Below are positions 44,707 to 54,234 of a stretch of 64,000 nucleotides of DNA, piece by piece. The translations under genes and the position numbers were made by a program. The notes under the pieces are model-generated. The model searched no databases, was not told the DNA's origin, and saw only the letters and a list, made by a program, of their open reading frames with translations. The DNA comes from an uncultured Actinomycetes bacterium (GTDB lineage: Bacteria > Actinomycetota > Thermoleophilia > RBG-16-64-13), in contig CAVPLM010000003.1 in assembly GCA_963706025.1 (NCBI GenBank), positions 480,001-544,000 on the forward strand, given 5' to 3'. Every line of letters begins with the position of its first letter. Position 1 is the first letter of the stretch.

Positions 44707-45150
44707 GTGAGTACCGAAGGAAATCCGCGCCTCGAAGTCATCCATACCGCGGAGAACGACCCCAGTTTCAACCTGCCGTATGCGCCGGCCATCAAGGTGA
44801 ACAGCGGAAAGCTGCTTTTCACTGCGGCGATGGCTGCCCCCACCTACCACCACCATCCACATCGACCGGAGGAGTTCGACCATCTTCCCGACGACCCCGG
44901 CGAGCAGGCTCGGATGACGCTGGAGCAACTCAAGGTGATCCTGGCGGCGGCCGGTGGCACCCTCCAGGATGTCGTCTTCGTCACCCGCTTCATCCGCGAC
45001 ATCGCTGAGAACCAGGATGCCATCAACCGTGTGTTCGGCGAGTACTTTGGCGATCACCGCCCCTCGAGCTGCACCGTGGAGGTGGTCCGCCTGGCGACCG
45101 ATCCCCGGCTGAAATTCGAGATGAGCGTGGTGGCGGTGGTGCCCGAATAG
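44707..45150 (+). CDS. RidA/YjgF-family protein
   Basis: YAPAIKV, EQARMTLEQL, AGGTLQDVV, YFGDHRPSS...FEMSVVA. Confidence 0.85.
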   Translation: MSTEGNPRLEVIHTAENDPSFNLPYAPAIKVNSGKLLFTAAMAAPTYHHHPHRPEEFDHLPDDPGEQARMTLEQLKVILAAAGGTLQDVVFVTRFIRDIAENQDAINRVFGEYFGDHRPSSCTVEVVRLATDPRLKFEMSVVAVVPE

Positions 45151-45225
45151 GATCGGCGAGCGAGCGGCGCCCGAGCGACGCCGGGATGTGGATCCCTGGC
45201 GTCGCGTCTATGAGAGGAGGCTCGA

Positions 45226-46159
45226 TTGGCGCGTTTCTTCAAACTGGCGATGGTGCAACTGGCATCCGACGTCGACAACCTCGACCTGGAGGCCCGCAAG
45301 GCCGGGCAGAAGGCGAAGATCGACCGCTACCTGGACACCATCCTGGGTATCGACCCGGTCGTCGATCTGCTCGTCTTTCCCGAGACCACCGTCAGCGGCT
45401 TCGACCCCGCCCACTGGACCGCTCTCGCTGAGAGCATCCCCGGGCCCACCAGTGACTATTTCTGCCGCAAGGCGAGCGAACTCGGCACATGGATCTGCCC
45501 CGGGTCCATCATCGAGAAGCGCGTTGGCCTGGACGGTACCTACAACACCTCTCTGCTCATCTCGCCCTCCGGCGAGATAGTGCTCAAGTACAGCAAGGTC
45601 TTCGTGCCCTACCCCTTCGAGCAGTCGCTCAGGGGCAGCGATTTCCCGGTCTGCGAGATCCCCGGGGTGGGCCGAGTGGGCATCATGATCTGCGCCGATC
45701 ACGCCGTGCCGGAAGTGGCCCGCAATCTGGCCTTCAACGGAGCCGAGCTCATCCTCAACCCCACCTGCCAGGGTATCTTCATCGGGGGTATCCGTCACCT
45801 GGTCCCCCTCACCCAGGTGCGGGCCATCGAGAACCAGTGCTACCTGGTGGCCGTGAACCAGGCTGCGCCACAGGGCATGGGTCACTCCCTGGCCTGCGAC
45901 CCCGAGGGCCGGATCCTCGAAGAATTGGAATCAGCCAGAGTCCTTCGCCCTGGTCACGCTCAACCTGGACGAAGTGCAGCGGGTGCGAGAGCACGGGTCG
46001 TTCGGCGTGTCCAACCAGTTCCTGAAGATGGTGCGCGACTGCCAGGAGGAGGGAGGTCCGCTCGATCTCTGCTACCGGCGCGGACTCCAGAACGCGGCGG
46101 TGTTCGAGACCCTGTCCGGGCGCGCCCCCAAGACGATCGACGAGATCACTCATCCCTGA
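45226..46159 (+). CDS. Carbon-nitrogen hydrolase (amidase/formamidase-like); frameshift ~45935
   Basis: Triad FPE, YSK, ICAD; RAIENQ. Confidence 0.88.
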
Positions 46160-46198
46160 AACCAGGCTGAGACAAGGATGCCTCCAGGAGGTTCCCGC

Positions 46199-47239
46199 AT
46201 GGACGTCTTCCCGAAGTTCAAGGCCGCGGTCGTGCAGGCGGCGCCGGTCTGGCTGGACCGGGAGGCCACGACCGAGAAGGCCTGTCGTCTGATAGAGCAG
46301 GCCGCGGGCCAAGGCGTGCGACTGCTCGCCTTTCCTGAGGCTTGGCTCCCGGGGTTCCCCTGGTGGATCTTCCTCGGCACTCCTGCCTGGGGCAACAGCT
46401 TCTTCGCCGAGCTCTACGCGAATTCCGTGGAGATCCCCAGCCCGACGACCGACCGGCTCTGTCGGGCGGCGAAAGGAGCCGGCATGTATGTGGTCATGGG
46501 CATGGACGAGCGCGGAGGTAGCAGCCTCTACTGCACCCAACTCTTCATCGATCCGGACGGCCGGATCATGGGCCGGCACCGCAAGCTCAAGCCCACTCAC
46601 GTGGAACGCTCAGTATGGGGCGAGGGAGACGGGAGTGACCTCAAGATCTTCGACACGCCTCTCGGCAAGATCGGGGGTCTGAACTGTTGGGAGCACATGC
46701 AGCCACTTACCCGCTATGCCATGTACTCTCTGGGGCAGCAGATACACATCGCCGCGTGGCCGGCCTTCAGCCTCTATCGCAAGTACGCATATGCGCTGGG
46801 AGAGGTCACGAGCGTCGGGGCGACCCGTCAATACGCGCTGGAGGGCGGCTGCTTCGCCCTGATGGCGGTGTCGCTGATCAGCAAGGAGATGGTCGAGCGA
46901 TTGGCGGATACGCCGGAACGGGCGGACCTGATCGAAGCGGGGGGAGGAGCCAGCCAGATCTTCGGTCCCGATGGAGCGACCATAGCCGGTCCGCCCCGTG
47001 AAGACGAGGAGGCCATCGTGACGGCGGACATCGACCTCGCCGAGATCGCCCGCGCTAAGAACTTCGCCGACCCCGTGGGTCACTATTCCCGGCCGGATAT
47101 CTTCAGATTGCTCGTCAACCGCGCTCCCCAACCCTGCGTCCAGGAGGTGGCCTCTTCAGGCGTGGGTGAGGGGCTCGCGGGCACCGGCGTGAGGTCTTAC
47201 CAGGAGATCTGTCAGGAAGAGACGCCTCCACAGGCATAG
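46199..47239 (+). CDS. Nitrilase
   Basis: AAVVQAAP, FPEAWLPGFP, HRKLKPTHVER, GGLNCWEH, DPVGHYSRPD. Confidence 0.92.
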   Translation: MDVFPKFKAAVVQAAPVWLDREATTEKACRLIEQAAGQGVRLLAFPEAWLPGFPWWIFLGTPAWGNSFFAELYANSVEIPSPTTDRLCRAAKGAGMYVVMGMDERGGSSLYCTQLFIDPDGRIMGRHRKLKPTHVERSVWGEGDGSDLKIFDTPLGKIGGLNCWEHMQPLTRYAMYSLGQQIHIAAWPAFSLYRKYAYALGEVTSVGATRQYALEGGCFALMAVSLISKEMVERLADTPERADLIEAGGGASQIFGPDGATIAGPPREDEEAIVTADIDLAEIARAKNFADPVGHYSRPDIFRLLVNRAPQPCVQEVASSGVGEGLAGTGVRSYQEICQEETPPQA

Positions 47240-47253
47240 CGGAGGTACCCGGG

Positions 47254-48425
47254 CTAGAGTGCCTTCAGGTAGATCTCTCGGGCCTCCTTGGCTCCGACCT
47301 CGCGTGGGTTCATGAAAGCGATGGGGAACGCCTGGAGGCTCACAAGCTCCTCCACCAAGTGCGGGATGTCCGCCTCGGTCAGACCCACTTCAGATAGGTG
47401 TTGGGGCATGCCCAGCTCGGTCAGCAGACGGCGCACGGCTGCCACCGATCTGTAAGCAGCATCCATGGTGGAGAGCCCGTCCGTGTTCTCGCCCAGGAGT
47501 CGGGCCACCTCGGCAAATCGGGCGGGACTCGAGATCAGGTTGTACTCCATGACGTAAGGGAGCATCAGGCCGACGGTCGATCCATGGGAGATGTGGGCCT
47601 TCTTGCCCAGGGCGTGGTTCATGAAATGGGCCAGGCCGACGCCGGCGAGCGTCCCGGCCTGCATGGCCATAGCCGCGCCGATCGCCAGTCGGTAACGGTC
47701 TTCCATCCGCTGGGGGCCTTTGGCGAAGGCCGGTCCCAGGCTGGTGGAGACGAGACGGATGGCCGTGGAGGCATACATGTCGGAGAGCAGATTGGCTCGG
47801 ATGCACGTATAGGCCTCGATGGCGTGGGTAAGGGCGTCCACGCCGGTTTCGGCCGTGTTCCGGGGCGGCAGATGCCTGGTGAGCTCCGGGTCGATGATCA
47901 CGGCATCGGGATAGTTGGCCGTGGTCAGATAGGTGTAGGTGCGGTCGTCAGTGGCGTCGTGGTGACCACCGCCGCCGAGCTCCACTCCGAGCCGGTCCCC
48001 GCCGTGGTGGGGATGAGGACTTTGGCCAGGCTCTTCTCCGGTGTTCTTCCCTCGACAAGGTCTTGGACGGTGATCCCCTCGTTGGCCGCCAGCAGGCCGG
48101 CGGCCTTGGTAGTGTCCATGACACTGCCTCCGCCCACGCCCACCAGCAGGTCGTATCTCCCTTCTCTGGCCTTCCGACCGAGCTCCTCGATGACGGTGGC
48201 GGGTGCCTCCGCCCCACACTCATCGAACACGTCGGACCCCACGCCGGCGGCGTCCAGGACCCCCTTCACCGTGTCGACGATCCCGGCTTCGACCACACCG
48301 GGATCGGTCACCACGAGGATGCGGGTCGCGCTCAGGCTCCTCACAAGATCCCCCAGGCCGCCGGTCGCGCCTACCCCGAAGAGTGTGCGTGGGACCCTGA
48401 TCTCGATCACGTTGGTCATTTCCAT
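47254..48425 (-). CDS. Iron-containing alcohol dehydrogenase; frameshift ~47950
   Basis: VGGGSVMD, PTTAGTGSE, DALTHAIE, GLAHFMNH, HG. Confidence 0.92.
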
Positions 48426-48627
48426 GCAGGCGACCCCCTGAGGTCTGTTTTGGCATCAGTTGGTTGTGGTCGACGCTCGTTTGTGGCCGAGGCTCGTTGT
48501 GGCCACCGAGCGACGCGGCTACCGCTCTCGCGGCTGTCTCGTGATCCACACAACGTCGACCACCAATACTACTATCTGGCGGCCGAACGTCGGGAGAGAC
48601 GCGGATGGGGCGATGCGATCGCCCCCG

Positions 48628-48802
48628 ACAGACAGAAGGGACGCTGATAGGCGTCCCCTCCGTGATGGGTGGCATTGCCGTTGGTCGTTTCGGCCTGCCG
48701 ACTAAGACCGCCGGTTCCTACGACTCCGCCTTTGGAGAAGGGAGTGTTCGATGCGAACGCACAATGCGTCCACTCTCCCAAAGGATTCAATACGAGCATC
48801 AC
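48628..48802 (-). ncRNA. Candidate structured RNA (unassigned) followed by a terminator-like hairpin
   Basis: Nested complementary segments (48662-67/48797-802, 48672-77/48788-93, 48729-46/48771-84), then GGGACGC/GCGTCCC hairpin 48638-57 with TTCTGTCTGT. Confidence 0.4.
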
Positions 48803-48848
48803 CCGCTGGTTTCCTGCCCCCGCGGCCGCACCGTTGTCTTCGCGCCTG

Positions 48849-49769
48849 CTAGGAGTGGGTCAGCACGGCCTTGCCCCGGACGCGCCGTTCTCGGAGGGCT
48901 TGGAGTACTGCGCGAGTCTCCGTCCAGTCGCTCACCATGCCTAAGAGCGGTCTCAGCCGTCCATCGGCTACAAGGGCCACAAGCGCGCCCAAGTCGTCTC
49001 CGCGGGTTTCGAGAGGATAGGCATGGAAAAGAGGCACGACCCGACAGGCCGGCCCGCGCGGGAAGTCGAGCAGGGCCAGCGGCGCCGGGCCGCCCAGCGT
49101 TCCGTACGTGACCGCTGCGCCACCGGGGGCGAGACGGTGCGCCGCCTCGGTGAGCACCTGACCGCCGACCCCGTCCAGCACCAGGTCGAACGGGCCAGGG
49201 ACGTTGTCATCCAATGAAGTCACTACCCGATGCGCCCCGAGATTCCGTGCCTCGGGCTCTCGCTCAAGGCTGGTCACCAGGGCAGTCACGTGGGCTCCGC
49301 TCGCGACTGCCAGCTGAACAGCGAACTGTCCCACACCACCTGTCGCGCCGGTGACGAGCACCCGGCGGGCGAGCAAAGACCCCCCAAGACGGATGGCCCG
49401 AAGGGCGGTGATCCCGGCTATGGGCAGAGAGGCCGCTTCTTCGAACGAGACTTCTTCGGGCAGCGGTACTGCCAGGTATGAAGGCACCGCCACCCGTTCC
49501 GCCCAGCATTCCCAGTCGACGAGACCGACCACTCGGGTGCCCACGGCAGGGCCGCTTCCGTCGGCAGCGGCCTGTATCACTACTCCGGCCAGATCCTGAC
49601 CCGGGCGCCAGCCGTCGGGACGCATCTGGAGTAGGAACAACTCCCCGCGGTTGACGGAGTACGCGCGTACCTCCACCAGCGCCTCGCCGGCGGCTGGTGT
49701 CGGCTCGGGCAGGTCATCGGCCAGGCGCAGCCCCCCGGGAGCCTTGGGATCGGTTATGAATCCCCGCAT
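48849..49769 (-). CDS. MDR-family (zinc-binding dehydrogenase / quinone oxidoreductase-like) protein
   Basis: SVNRGE, PGQDLAG, AASLPIAGITA, VTGATGGVG, GKAVL. Confidence 0.9.
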   Translation of the reverse strand: MRGFITDPKAPGGLRLADDLPEPTPAAGEALVEVRAYSVNRGELFLLQMRPDGWRPGQDLAGVVIQAAADGSGPAVGTRVVGLVDWECWAERVAVPSYLAVPLPEEVSFEEAASLPIAGITALRAIRLGGSLLARRVLVTGATGGVGQFAVQLAVASGAHVTALVTSLEREPEARNLGAHRVVTSLDDNVPGPFDLVLDGVGGQVLTEAAHRLAPGGAAVTYGTLGGPAPLALLDFPRGPACRVVPLFHAYPLETRGDDLGALVALVADGRLRPLLGMVSDWTETRAVLQALRERRVRGKAVLTHS

Positions 49770-49771
49770 GG

Positions 49772-51545
49772 CTACTGCCCTTTCCACTCGAAGAGGTGCA
49801 GGTCACCGTTGGCTACGAAGGCGATATGCGAGTCCGAAGCCGAGATGAACGGTGAGAGCCAGGGAGGGTCGGGCTGCTCGGCCAAGACCTGCTCGTAATT
49901 GCCGTTGAGGCCCCGCGCCACGATCTCGTACGTGTTCCCGTCCGTGCTATCCATGGGCCGGAAGTAAGCGGCGAACGTAGACGCGGCAGTCGCGAAATCG
50001 CCCTGCGGCGTCGACGTCCCATCGGTCTCCGGAAGCGAGGTCGAGCGCCCTGAGGCCGTTCTCCGAGTACACGAGTGTGTCGCCCCCGATGGACGGCCGC
50101 CACGCTTCGCTGCCGACCAGTAGCGGTTGGGCCGCGAGATCCGAGAGATCGAGAGAGTACGTGCCGGTCTCGAGACCGCCGTCGGCTGCGGCCTGCTCCC
50201 AGGCAAGGTACTTCTCGCCGACGCTGTAGACCCAGACCGCGTCGCCCATGATCGAGGCTATCGCTGAGGGAACGACCAGCATGGGCGCGTTCGCGGTCCC
50301 ATCCGAACCCGGGACCATCGAATTATAGATCGGCGTCCGCAAGTATTCCTCCGGACTCGCTTCCCAAGGGCTCTCCTCTATCCAGGTGATCCATACCCCC
50401 GCGGTCTGGGGATAGTAGACATTCCTGTCTCCTCCGGCTATCTCTACTCTCGGACCGTCCGGCACATGGTAGGAGTAGATGTGCTGGTCGCTGAAGGTAC
50501 TGCTGGCCTCATCGTATTCGCCTTCCCACCACACCGCCGTATAGCCGTCGACATCTATCCCGCCCGCCTCCGAGGCCTCGACCGGCAACTCCACCATATT
50601 CCCCGTGATCAAGTTGTAGGCATAGAGCTGGGAGGCCGTGTCGGTCCGCGTTGCCATCAACAGGATGTTGTCGGACACGCTCACCTCCATCACCGGAGCC
50701 GGCACCTCGGGGATCTGCATCTCCACCCATTCGCCTGCCGAGTCCCCCGGATCTCCCGCGACGCTGGTCGTGCTCGGCGATGAGGTCGTGGAGGTCTCGG
50801 GCTCGGTGGTGCTCGTTGTCTCTTCCGCCGTCGAAGTGGTGGTGGTACTGGTGGGGGGGGCCGCGGACGTGGTGGTGACTTCTCCATCATCTCCGCCTCG
50901 GGCGAGAACCAGGGGCACGGCTACGGCCACCGCGATCACCACGACGGCCAGGGCGGCGATGGCGATCCACAGGCCACGACGGCTCTTGCCCTGCGGTCCG
51001 CCACCGGGGCCTCCAGGACCGGGCGGCCCGCTCGGCCCTCCCGGATAGCCGGCCCGCCCGGGTAGCCTGGGCCTCCCGGGTAGCCTGGGCCGCCGGGGGC
51101 TGCGTGGCCGCCTTGCCCGGTGTAACCACTTTGTCCGGTGTAGCCGCCACTGGCTCCTTGACCGGGCGGGTACCCACCCGTTGAAGGGGCGGAGGGCGTC
51201 AAGATGAGGGTAGGAGGTAGTGTAGACGCCGAAGGGGCAACGACAGGCTGGTCGGTGGGTGGAGGTACCGGCGTGAAGGGCGGGGAAGCCGCGGCCACGA
51301 CCGGCGGCTGGGCGAGGGCGCCGCCGGCTTCGCTCGGGCCACTGGAGACGGCTGCTGCGGCGCCACCGGACGCTGTGCCGCCGCCGGCCGCCGAGGCGCC
51401 TCCAGCCGCGGCGGTTCCAGCCGACGGGCGCGGGCCCGGCTCCTGCCGCACCCACAGTGGGCTCTGCAGGACCGACCGCGGCCCCGCAGTTGCGGCAGAA
51501 GCGGGCGTCGGCGGGCACTTCCTTCCCACACGCGCTGCAATACAT
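49772..51545 (-). CDS. Zinc-ribbon membrane-anchored protein with Gly/Pro-rich region, TM helix, Thr-rich linker and extracellular beta domain (frameshifted)
   Basis: MYCSACG...FCRNCG, GGPGYP repeats, GLWIAIAALAVVVIAVAVAVPLV, TTTSAAPPTSTTTT. Confidence 0.8.
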
Positions 51546-51775
51546 CTCGTCACCCCCATCGGACGGCCTGTCGCGAGTCCAGCGTGGCGCCACGGAATCG
51601 CGCCTGGCCTCTAAGGATACAACCGGACCTCCACAAATGTGCGCGTGAAGAGGCAGGCTGAGTCGGTTCTATCCGAGAGTCCGGACGCCGTACTGTGGAT
51701 AGCAGTTGCCCGAGTGACGCGTCTCGGGGCAGTTCGGACCGGCACGAGCCGATGGTCGGGCTTCCTGAATAGCCG

Positions 51776-53215
51776 CTATCCGTCTTCGCCGGGCAGGGCG
51801 CCCATGGTCTCCGGCTCCCCCGGCACCTCTGGGCCGCCGAACTCCATCTGTTCGTGGTGCTCGTCACGCTGCAGGCGCGGGGCGCGGCGAAAGGTGACAT
51901 TGGCGTGGCGCGAGGGGTAGTCGATGCCGGTGCCGCCCAGCAGGTCGGCCACGGTGAGGATCTGCAGGCGTGGATGCTTGGTGTGCCAGCCGGGAGAGCT
52001 ACAGAAACCGGCCGAGGCAGCCTCGGTGCGCATGGGCTGGGTGGGCTCTTTCATGGAGATGAGCACACCGATCTCCGCTTCCTCGCGCTCGACCACGCCC
52101 CGGAGATCGCGCACGTGAGTCACGTTGGTATCGCCGGCTTTGACGGAAATAATCACCTGCTTCGTCTTGCCTTTGGCCTCGTCGTGGAAGTAGAGGCGGC
52201 CGTCGATGCCTCGGTCGGCGCCTTTCTTGTGCTCCACGGGCCGGGCGCCCACGAGTCCCAGGGCCCACCACTGGAATTGCCAGGGATCCTGAGCGGCAAG
52301 GGCTTCGGCATCGGGGACGGAGACCGGCTCACCGATAACGCGAGGCATTGATTCTTCGCCAAAGGAATCCAAAAGACGGTTCTTGATGAGCGTCATGGCC
52401 AGGTGGGTGATGTCGATGCCGATCCAGTTGCGCTTGAGCTTCTCGGCGGCGATGACGGCGGTGCCGCAGCCGCAGAAGGGGTCGAGGACCAGGTCGCCCT
52501 CGTTGCTGGAGGCCTGGATGATGCGCTCGAGGAGGGCGAGGGGCTTCTGGGTGGGGTAGCCGAGGCGCTCCTGGGCATGGGCGCGAATTGGCGGGATGTC
52601 GTCCCAGATGTTGGTCAGAGGCATGCCGGGCATATCGTCCAGGTATCGCTTGAGCTGAATCCGGCCGTCGGGATTCTTGGGAAACACGAGGGACCCTGTC
52701 GATCAAACTCCTCCATCTTCTCTCTTGACACGGCCCATCCATTTGGATGCGGCTTGTAGCCCTTGTATTCGTACTGGAGATTGGGCCTAACGCCCGGGTT
52801 CCTGAGATCGCTGATCCGATACCGACGTCCGTCAGGTTCGGTGTGGCGGTAGAACTGTTCCAAGTATTCCTTTGAGTAGGGAAGGTACTGGAGGTTAAAA
52901 CGAAACGTTCCAGATTCAGAGTAGAAAAGGATCGAGTCTGTGACCGACCCATAATTCCGCGTCGCGTTCCCGTGAGCGCTCGTCCTCTTCCAGATGATCT
53001 CGTTATCGAAGTTCTGTGCCCCGAAAATGGCGTCCATCAGCATCTTCAGATAGTGACTCGCGGTGGGATCGCAGTGCAGGTAGATGCTGCCGGTAGGCTT
53101 GAGCACCCTGCGCAGCTCCACAAGGCGAGGCGCCATCATGGCCAAGTAGGCGAGCATGTTGCTGGGGCTGCAGGATGTCGAGGTTGTCGCCATAGTAGAG
53201 GACGTTGCGGTTCAT
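51776..53215 (-). pseudogene. N6/N4 DNA methyltransferase fused to an Mrr-like endonuclease domain, with internal deletion of the catalytic motif
   Basis: LYYGDNLDIL joined out of frame to PSNMLAYL; IYLHCD, GYPTQKP, DPFCGCGT, DRGIDG...IISVKAG present; no DPPF/DPPY anywhere. Confidence 0.8.
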
Positions 53216-53225
53216 GAGGTGGGCG

Positions 53226-53840
53226 TCAGCTCCAATGGCTCGGACGTCTCAGAACATATCCATCAGGCTTCTCTATATCCTCAGGCAGCTGAGCTGCCGC
53301 GATCTTGGCTCGGCCCATTGTGAACGACACATTTGCTGCCTCGGCCAGGGCGCTTGAATGCCGCGAGGGAGGGAACGCGACCACAACCCGTTTCTTGGGC
53401 GCAAGCTGGTGGACCTTCTTAACTGCCGCCAAGAGATCGCTATCCCCTGATGCCAGCAGACAGGTATCAAACGTGTCCGCAAGAGCATCGCCGAACATCT
53501 CGAGGCCGATTAGGAGATCTGTCATTTTCTCCTTCGGCACTGTGTCGACCATACCGCAGTATGGGCACGTTCGGGGAGTATCCAGGTACTGCCCGTAGTG
53601 GAGGGAGCATTGCCCAAGCGTCTCAAGTGCTTCAAGATAGATGCCCTGCCTGCGAACCTTGTCTGGCGGCGACGACACCCTGGCTGTGAAGTATTTGACC
53701 GAGACGAGGGACTGGGCCGGCGACAGCAGCGAATGGCAGAGGGCAGGGACGTCAAGCCAGTAGAAGCGCCGCCAGCCTTTGCTCTTGAGCCCGAAGTAGA
53801 GGTTGAAGCCATCCACGTAAGCTGCCACTCTCTCAGTCAT
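53226..53840 (-). CDS. NYN-domain (LabA/DUF88, PIN-like) putative ribonuclease
   Basis: AYVDGFNLY, KYFTA, CPYC, EKMTD, SGDSD; uninterrupted ORF. Confidence 0.9.
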   Translation of the reverse strand: MTERVAAYVDGFNLYFGLKSKGWRRFYWLDVPALCHSLLSPAQSLVSVKYFTARVSSPPDKVRRQGIYLEALETLGQCSLHYGQYLDTPRTCPYCGMVDTVPKEKMTDLLIGLEMFGDALADTFDTCLLASGDSDLLAAVKKVHQLAPKKRVVVAFPPSRHSSALAEAANVSFTMGRAKIAAAQLPEDIEKPDGYVLRRPSHWS

Positions 53841-53856
53841 TACTTCCCTTCATATA

Positions 53857-53885
53857 TTGACATAACTGGCAAGTGGGTGTAGGAT
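53857..53885 (+). promoter_or_regulatory. Near-consensus sigma70 promoter, divergent from the NYN gene
   Basis: TTGACA 53857-62, 17-nt spacer, TG-adjacent TAGGAT 53880-85. Confidence 0.75.
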
Positions 53886-53890
53886 GCTCC

Positions 53891-53955
53891 GCAACAGCAC
53901 CGGGGATAGTATCCCCGGCCCGACAGCCCTTCGAAAGGAGGGCTGTTTCTTTTTT
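53891..53955 (+). ncRNA. Candidate ~65-nt small RNA associated with the NYN gene
   Basis: Lies between the promoter and an intrinsic terminator; hairpin CCGGGGAT/ATCCCCGG 53900-18, hairpin ACAGCCCT/AGGGCTGT 53923-46, then TTCTTTTTT; no ORF. Confidence 0.6.
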
Positions 53956-54081
53956 GCCCTCCCAAGATCAGCCCAATGTCCTCAAGCTCGATCAGTCTCG
54001 CTGCCGCGGCTCCTACGATCCTGGTTCTACTCTACATGATCTTCTGGGGACTCTCTCGTATACGACCAAGGTACGATTCTG

Positions 54082-54182
54082 GCACCCGGCGTAGCTCGAC
54101 CAGGCGGGGCGCCATCATGGCAAGGTAGGCGAGCATGTTGCTGGGGCCGAGGAAGGTCCAGAAGGCGCGCAAGGCGTCGGCG
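54082..54182 (-). pseudogene. Isolated fragment of a paralogous DNA methyltransferase gene
   Basis: Encodes ADALRAFWTFLGPSNMLAYLAMMAPRLVELRRV; 54082-54147 matches 53103-53168 at 59/66 nt by manual alignment. Confidence 0.85.
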
Positions 54183-54234
54183 AAACGCTTTCGCCTCGCT
54201 CGCGGAGGAGACTGCCTGTGATAGCCTTCCGGGC

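Noticed and set aside
48607-48657. Resemblance to a fluoride riboswitch (GGCGATG...TCGCC...GCTGAT) on the + strand
   Set aside because: Pseudoknot and AACCGC/GACnCCU elements missing and no downstream + strand gene; reads better as two simple hairpins
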